From positions 1,184,001 through 1,248,000 of the forward strand of contig OY970229.1 in NCBI GenBank assembly GCA_963714085.1: a DNA stretch of 64,000 bases, read 5' to 3'. The stretch comes from an uncultured Candidatus Micrarchaeota archaeon (GTDB lineage: Archaea > Micrarchaeota > Micrarchaeia > Anstonellales > Bilamarchaeaceae). Position numbers and translations under genes: made by a program. Within the stretch, counting starts at the first letter, position 1. Each line of letters begins with the position of its first letter. Shown here one piece after another: positions 59,639 through 64,000 of the stretch. The notes under the pieces are model-generated. The model was not told the DNA's origin, did not search any database, and worked only from the letters and a program-made list of their open reading frames with translations.

Positions 59639-60972
59639 TGACGACCCTAGACGTGTGGTATTCCACCTGGATCCCCCTCGCCGGGGCGGCCCTCGGGCTC
59701 GCCATCACGCTATCCGCCCTCGTCTACATGCTCGGCACGGCGCTCATGAACGACAAGATGAAGGGCTGGGCGAAGATGGAGCTGGTGGAGGCCTTCTACT
59801 CCGCGGTGATAATCGCGCTCATCGCCACTCCAGGGCTCGGCGCCCTCATGCTCGTGGACTCCGCGGTCCAGGGCGGCCTTTTCCTGAACCAGGCCAGCCC
59901 GACGGTGTTCATAGCCGAGAGGGGCATCTCCCTCCCGCTGTGCGGGGATGCCATAGCCTCGGACCCCAGTTCGATATACTACGACGTGACCGCCTGCCAC
60001 ATGCGGCTCGGCATCTGGTACCTGCACACGCTGTTCCAGGAGGAGCAGAGCCTCGCCTACAAGGACTACCTCACCTACATCTACACCTCCACACTGGCGG
60101 ACTTCACGATAAACTACGAGTTCATAACCCAGGCCGCGGGCATGTTCAGCATCACGCCCTGGAGGGGCTTCTTCACGACGGGCAACACCATAAGGAGCAT
60201 GGTGTTCGACTACCTCATCAAGCTGATGATAGTCACGAAGTTCCAGGAGGTGCTGCTCTCCTTCACAGCCACGGCCCTGTTCCCCGCGCTGTTCGTGAGC
60301 GGCGCGGTGCTGCGGACGTTCACCTTCAGCAGGCGCCTGGGCGGCCTGCTGCTCGCCATGTCGCTCGCGCTCTACTACGTGTTCCCCGCGTTCTATGCCC
60401 TGGGCGGCCTGCTGGTGTACCAGATCAAGGTCCAGATGGCGGGGGACCCGAGCTTCACGGCGATCTGCGGCCAGCTCGGGGCCAACGCCTGCAAGGACCC
60501 GCCCATCACGAACTTCATGTACGTCACCGGCCAGATCCCGCTTCCGGGGAGCAACCTGAGCACGGACGACGCGCAGGCCGCGTACAACACCCTCCAGGGG
60601 CAGACCATGGAGCAGCGGCTCAAGACCGACGAGAACGGCTCGGGCGGGTACATGGCGCTCAATTCGCAGAACGGCAACCCGGCCGCGGATTTCGCGCAGA
60701 TCCAGACCCTGGCCAACCGCGACCAGGCCATGAAAGACGCCAGCAACAAGACCAACTCCTGGTTCAACCTGGTGACCTCCTCGTCCAAGCTGGACACCAG
60801 CATCTTCAGCGCATACATGGCAGGGGGGCCGGTGGACGCGCTCGCGCGCCTCGCGTTCTTCTCCACGTTCTTCGCGCTCTTCGGCATACTCGCCACGATA
60901 GCGACAATACGATCGATCTCCGCGACGCTCGGAGGGGACCTGGAGATAGCCGGGCTCACGCACCTGATATGA
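59635..60972 (+). CDS. Polytopic membrane protein paralogue 3
   Basis: YMLG...WAKMEL; GAVLRTFTFSRRLGG; LGGDLEIAGLTHLI. Confidence 0.7.
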   Translation: MMTTLDVWYSTWIPLAGAALGLAITLSALVYMLGTALMNDKMKGWAKMELVEAFYSAVIIALIATPGLGALMLVDSAVQGGLFLNQASPTVFIAERGISLPLCGDAIASDPSSIYYDVTACHMRLGIWYLHTLFQEEQSLAYKDYLTYIYTSTLADFTINYEFITQAAGMFSITPWRGFFTTGNTIRSMVFDYLIKLMIVTKFQEVLLSFTATALFPALFVSGAVLRTFTFSRRLGGLLLAMSLALYYVFPAFYALGGLLVYQIKVQMAGDPSFTAICGQLGANACKDPPITNFMYVTGQIPLPGSNLSTDDAQAAYNTLQGQTMEQRLKTDENGSGGYMALNSQNGNPAADFAQIQTLANRDQAMKDASNKTNSWFNLVTSSSKLDTSIFSAYMAGGPVDALARLAFFSTFFALFGILATIATIRSISATLGGDLEIAGLTHLI

Positions 60973-60976
60973 GGAT

Positions 60977-62218
60977 ATGAGGATGGACAAGAAAACGATG
61001 GTTCTCCTGGTGGCTGTTCTGCTCGTCGCCTTCGCCGGCATAGCGCTCGCGGACAGCCTCACGGACATGCTCAACACCCAGAACAGCACGCTGGCCACCG
61101 AGGGGAGCGCGTTCGTCAAGGCCACCCAGGCCGGCGTGGGCACGATACCAACCGTCTTCAACTCGGTGTTCGAGGCCTTCGATCCGGGCTTCTGCGGCAA
61201 CGACATGTTCACGGCGAACATCGGGTGGATAGAGGCTACCCTCGCCGCGCTCCTGGCGCTCGCGTTCGCGATCGCGCTGGTCTACATGCTCGGCGAGCTC
61301 ATGCAGATGCCGGGCCTGCTCGCCCTCGCCAAGGACGAGGCGGTCCAGATGCTCTACACCATCCTCAGGGTGGTCTTCATATTCGGCGTGCTCTTCGTGG
61401 CACAGACCTGGTTCACGATCCGGGTCTCGGGCAGCACCGACCCGGTGTACTCCATAACCAGCCCGGACCCGCTGAACCCCGGGGGAGCGCCCACGATCAT
61501 AGACGCGGCGATGGCGTTCTGCCGCTCCGTGATAGTCGAGATGATAACGAACTACTCCAACCTCGTGATGTACAACATGGTGATAAACACCGTGTACTCG
61601 TCCACGATGTGGTTCGGGGTCACCTGGCGCACGATGTACTCGTTCAACCTGGGCCCGGTGCTAAAGCCCCTCATAGACATCATCGGCATGGCGTTGCAGT
61701 ACCTGGGCCTGGGCATGGGCGAGTGGATGGCCCACCTGGCGATCCTCTGCCTCATAAAGAAATGGACCTGGACGATGTTCATCCCGGTGGCGATATTCAT
61801 GCGCGCGCTTCCCCAGACCCGCACCGCGGGCGAGGCGCTCTTCGCCATCACGTTCGCCCTGGCGCTGATATACCCATTCATGTTCCTGGTGACCTACGAG
61901 ACCCACAAGCTCATGAAGGGCAACCTCGTGGACAGCAGCCAGGCGCTGCAGTCGTTCGTGCAGAAATCCGGCATACTCAAGGTGGCCGGCTCGATGCTCA
62001 TAATCGTGTTCCTGGCCGCGGGCGTGTTCTTCCCGTTCTTCCTGGGCGCGGGCCTCAACATCGCCCTCGAGATGGTCAAGAGCTCGGTTTATTACGTGGT
62101 CATACTATCATTGTTGCTGCCGTTCATAAACATATTCGTGACCCTCACGGCGGCCAGGGAGTTCGCGAAGTTCTTCAACGTGGATGTGTCGTTCATGTCG
62201 TTCGTGAAAGTGATATAG
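60977..62218 (+). CDS. Polytopic membrane protein paralogue 4 (signal peptide)
   Basis: YMLG...AKDEA; AIFMRALPQTRTAG. Confidence 0.7.
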   Translation: MRMDKKTMVLLVAVLLVAFAGIALADSLTDMLNTQNSTLATEGSAFVKATQAGVGTIPTVFNSVFEAFDPGFCGNDMFTANIGWIEATLAALLALAFAIALVYMLGELMQMPGLLALAKDEAVQMLYTILRVVFIFGVLFVAQTWFTIRVSGSTDPVYSITSPDPLNPGGAPTIIDAAMAFCRSVIVEMITNYSNLVMYNMVINTVYSSTMWFGVTWRTMYSFNLGPVLKPLIDIIGMALQYLGLGMGEWMAHLAILCLIKKWTWTMFIPVAIFMRALPQTRTAGEALFAITFALALIYPFMFLVTYETHKLMKGNLVDSSQALQSFVQKSGILKVAGSMLIIVFLAAGVFFPFFLGAGLNIALEMVKSSVYYVVILSLLLPFINIFVTLTAAREFAKFFNVDVSFMSFVKVI

Positions 62219-63298
62219 ATGCTGACCGCAGACCAGATAGTACAGAACACTGCCTGCCCCCCGTCAGCCGGGGCCTTCCAGCAGTTCCTCTGCGGCTGGC
62301 AGGGAACCATGGTGCTCGCCCTCACGGTGTCCGCGGTGTTCCTCGCGGCGTTCTACATACTGTCCGTGCTCATGAGGAACGAGGGGCTCAAGGGCTTCGT
62401 GAAGCTCGAGGTGTCGGAGCTGTTCGTGACCGTGGTGCTGGTGATGATACTCCTGGGCGCGATGGGCGCGGTCTCGGACCTCCCGTTCGGCTCCCTGGTC
62501 TCATCAAGCAAGCTGCCCGGCGTCACGGACAGCGCCAGCATCTACAACGTGACGGATACCTATTTCAATACGCTCGGCGATTTAATACCGTACTTCCTCG
62601 AGACCGATTACGTTCTGGGGGTCATGGTGGACTCCTTCGCCTCGGTGCAGTCCCAGCCCAGGCCCATGGGGGTCGGGATCGTGGCCCCGCCGTTCGCAGG
62701 GCTCGCCTCGCCCATCAAGCAGCTCCTCTACAGCATGTCCAACGCGCTCGCCATCGCGTTCGTCGTCAATTACGCGCAGCTCTACGTCTTCCTGTTCATG
62801 CTGGAGGGTTCGCTGCACTATTACATACCCCTGGGCATAATCCTGCGTTCCCTCACCCCCACGCGCAGGATAGGCGGCGCGCTGATCGGGCTCGGGGTGA
62901 GCTTCCTGTTCGTGTTCCCGGTGATATACTCGCTGACCTTCGTCATGTTCTTCGACGGGGCCGGGCCCATGGAGACCCTGCGCTCGTTCACGGAAAGCCG
63001 CTTCGACATGAGCCCGGGCGTGGGCAACCTGATAAAGAACTTCTACAGCAGCAAGGCCAACCTGGGCTTCCCGGACCTCGTGGTCTCGCTGATAGGCGAC
63101 CTGGGCAGCATGTTCGCGTCGTTCGTAGGGGAGCTGTTCACCCTGGCCATGGTGCTGCCGATAGCCGTGGTCGGCTTCGTGGGGGCCGCGGGCCTGGTAT
63201 CGGTGTTGGACATACTGCTCATGGTGCAGGTGACGTCCGCGCTCAGCAAGACCATGGGGGAGGAGGTCGACATCTCCACGTTGACGAGGATGGTCTGA
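62219..63298 (+). CDS. Polytopic membrane protein paralogue 5
   Basis: YILS...VKLEV; LGIILRSLTPTRRIGG; MGEEVDISTLTRMV. Confidence 0.7.
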   Translation: MLTADQIVQNTACPPSAGAFQQFLCGWQGTMVLALTVSAVFLAAFYILSVLMRNEGLKGFVKLEVSELFVTVVLVMILLGAMGAVSDLPFGSLVSSSKLPGVTDSASIYNVTDTYFNTLGDLIPYFLETDYVLGVMVDSFASVQSQPRPMGVGIVAPPFAGLASPIKQLLYSMSNALAIAFVVNYAQLYVFLFMLEGSLHYYIPLGIILRSLTPTRRIGGALIGLGVSFLFVFPVIYSLTFVMFFDGAGPMETLRSFTESRFDMSPGVGNLIKNFYSSKANLGFPDLVVSLIGDLGSMFASFVGELFTLAMVLPIAVVGFVGAAGLVSVLDILLMVQVTSALSKTMGEEVDISTLTRMV

Positions 63299-64000
63299 AT
63301 GGCATTCCTAGACGTTCTCTACCAGGACTGGCGTACCATCGCCGTGCTCGCCGCCGCAGGCTCGGTGCTCATCTCCATAGCCGTCATCATGCTCGCCCGC
63401 CTCTTCGACATGAAGAGCCTGGAGCAGGCCGCGAAGGCGGAGTTCGTCTATGCGGCGTCCACGGTGTTCATAGTGCTCTTCGTGGTGGGCATGATCGGGT
63501 TCGGCGACACGGTGCTCAAAAGCATCCTGGTGCAGATGTACATCAACACCATAACCGCCTGCCCGCCCGCCCAGGCCGCGGTCGCCGGCTCGCCCTGCAA
63601 CCAGCTCCAGGAGGCCGCGCCGACGCTCCAGGTCAACGTGGACACGCTGCCCGACATGATGACGCTGTACATGGACGGCCCGGCCAAATGCAGCCAGCAG
63701 TTCCTGGACTACATGTACTACGCGGCGATCCCGATAGACGCCTGCTCCTCGGTGTACATGGAAGTGTACATGTCCGAGCAGCTCACATGCTGGGGCCTCA
63801 AATGGGCGTCCGAGCGCATCACCAACGGGGTCCAGATACTCACGTTCTACATGTTCGCCTACTACCTCATCGGCCACGCGATGCAGTTCGTCAAGTACTA
63901 CGCGGGCTTCTTCTTCTCCCTGGGCGTGGCCCTGCGCGCGTTCCCGCCCAGTCGTGGCGGCGGCGCCTATCTCATGGCGCTGGCGGTCGGATTGTACTTC
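63299..64000 (+). CDS. Polytopic membrane protein paralogue 6 (runs off right edge)
   Basis: Hand translation MAFLDVLYQDW...IMLARLF...AAKAEF...LGVALRAFPPSRGGGAYLMA; open to the window end. Confidence 0.75.
   Translation, partial: MAFLDVLYQDWRTIAVLAAAGSVLISIAVIMLARLFDMKSLEQAAKAEFVYAASTVFIVLFVVGMIGFGDTVLKSILVQMYINTITACPPAQAAVAGSPCNQLQEAAPTLQVNVDTLPDMMTLYMDGPAKCSQQFLDYMYYAAIPIDACSSVYMEVYMSEQLTCWGLKWASERITNGVQILTFYMFAYYLIGHAMQFVKYYAGFFFSLGVALRAFPPSRGGGAYLMALAVGLYF

Overview
A 64 kb segment of a GC-rich archaeal chromosome. Split rpoB''/B' and rpoA'/A'', archaeal TIM, PpcA, Nop5, Tyw3 and intron-containing CCA-less tRNAs identify it as archaeal; the gene repertoire fits a DPANN lineage, most likely Micrarchaeota (inference). 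Core genes are ppcA, uL16, tpiA, nop5, hisG-hisE-hisS, tyw3, guaAA, the rpoH-B''-B'-A'-A''-L30e-nusA operon, surE and aspS. They alternate with accessory blocks, several next to five tRNA genes. Five things stand out. (1) An operon of at least six paralogous polytopic membrane proteins resembling CedA/VirB6, one carrying two VirB2/pilin-like repeats, runs off the right edge and is a candidate contact/translocation machine. (2) A tandem-Lrp regulator transcribed divergently from a small-molecule-synthase homologue occurs twice, once with a degenerate prenyl/terpene-synthase fold and once with two glycine/sarcosine N-methyltransferase paralogues. (3) An operon of a Lys-to-Arg class IV aminotransferase homologue, a citrate-synthase-like protein, UbiA and V4R converges on a KaiC-like ATPase and has a candidate structured RNA upstream. 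(4) A LAGLIDADG ORF overlaps the 5' end of a tRNA-Ser(CGA) that carries two BHB-type introns. (5) Cassettes appear to have been duplicated serially at the tyw3 3' end. No CRISPR array, rRNA, integrase or transposase was seen. All family assignments come from motif recognition by eye; no database search was run.
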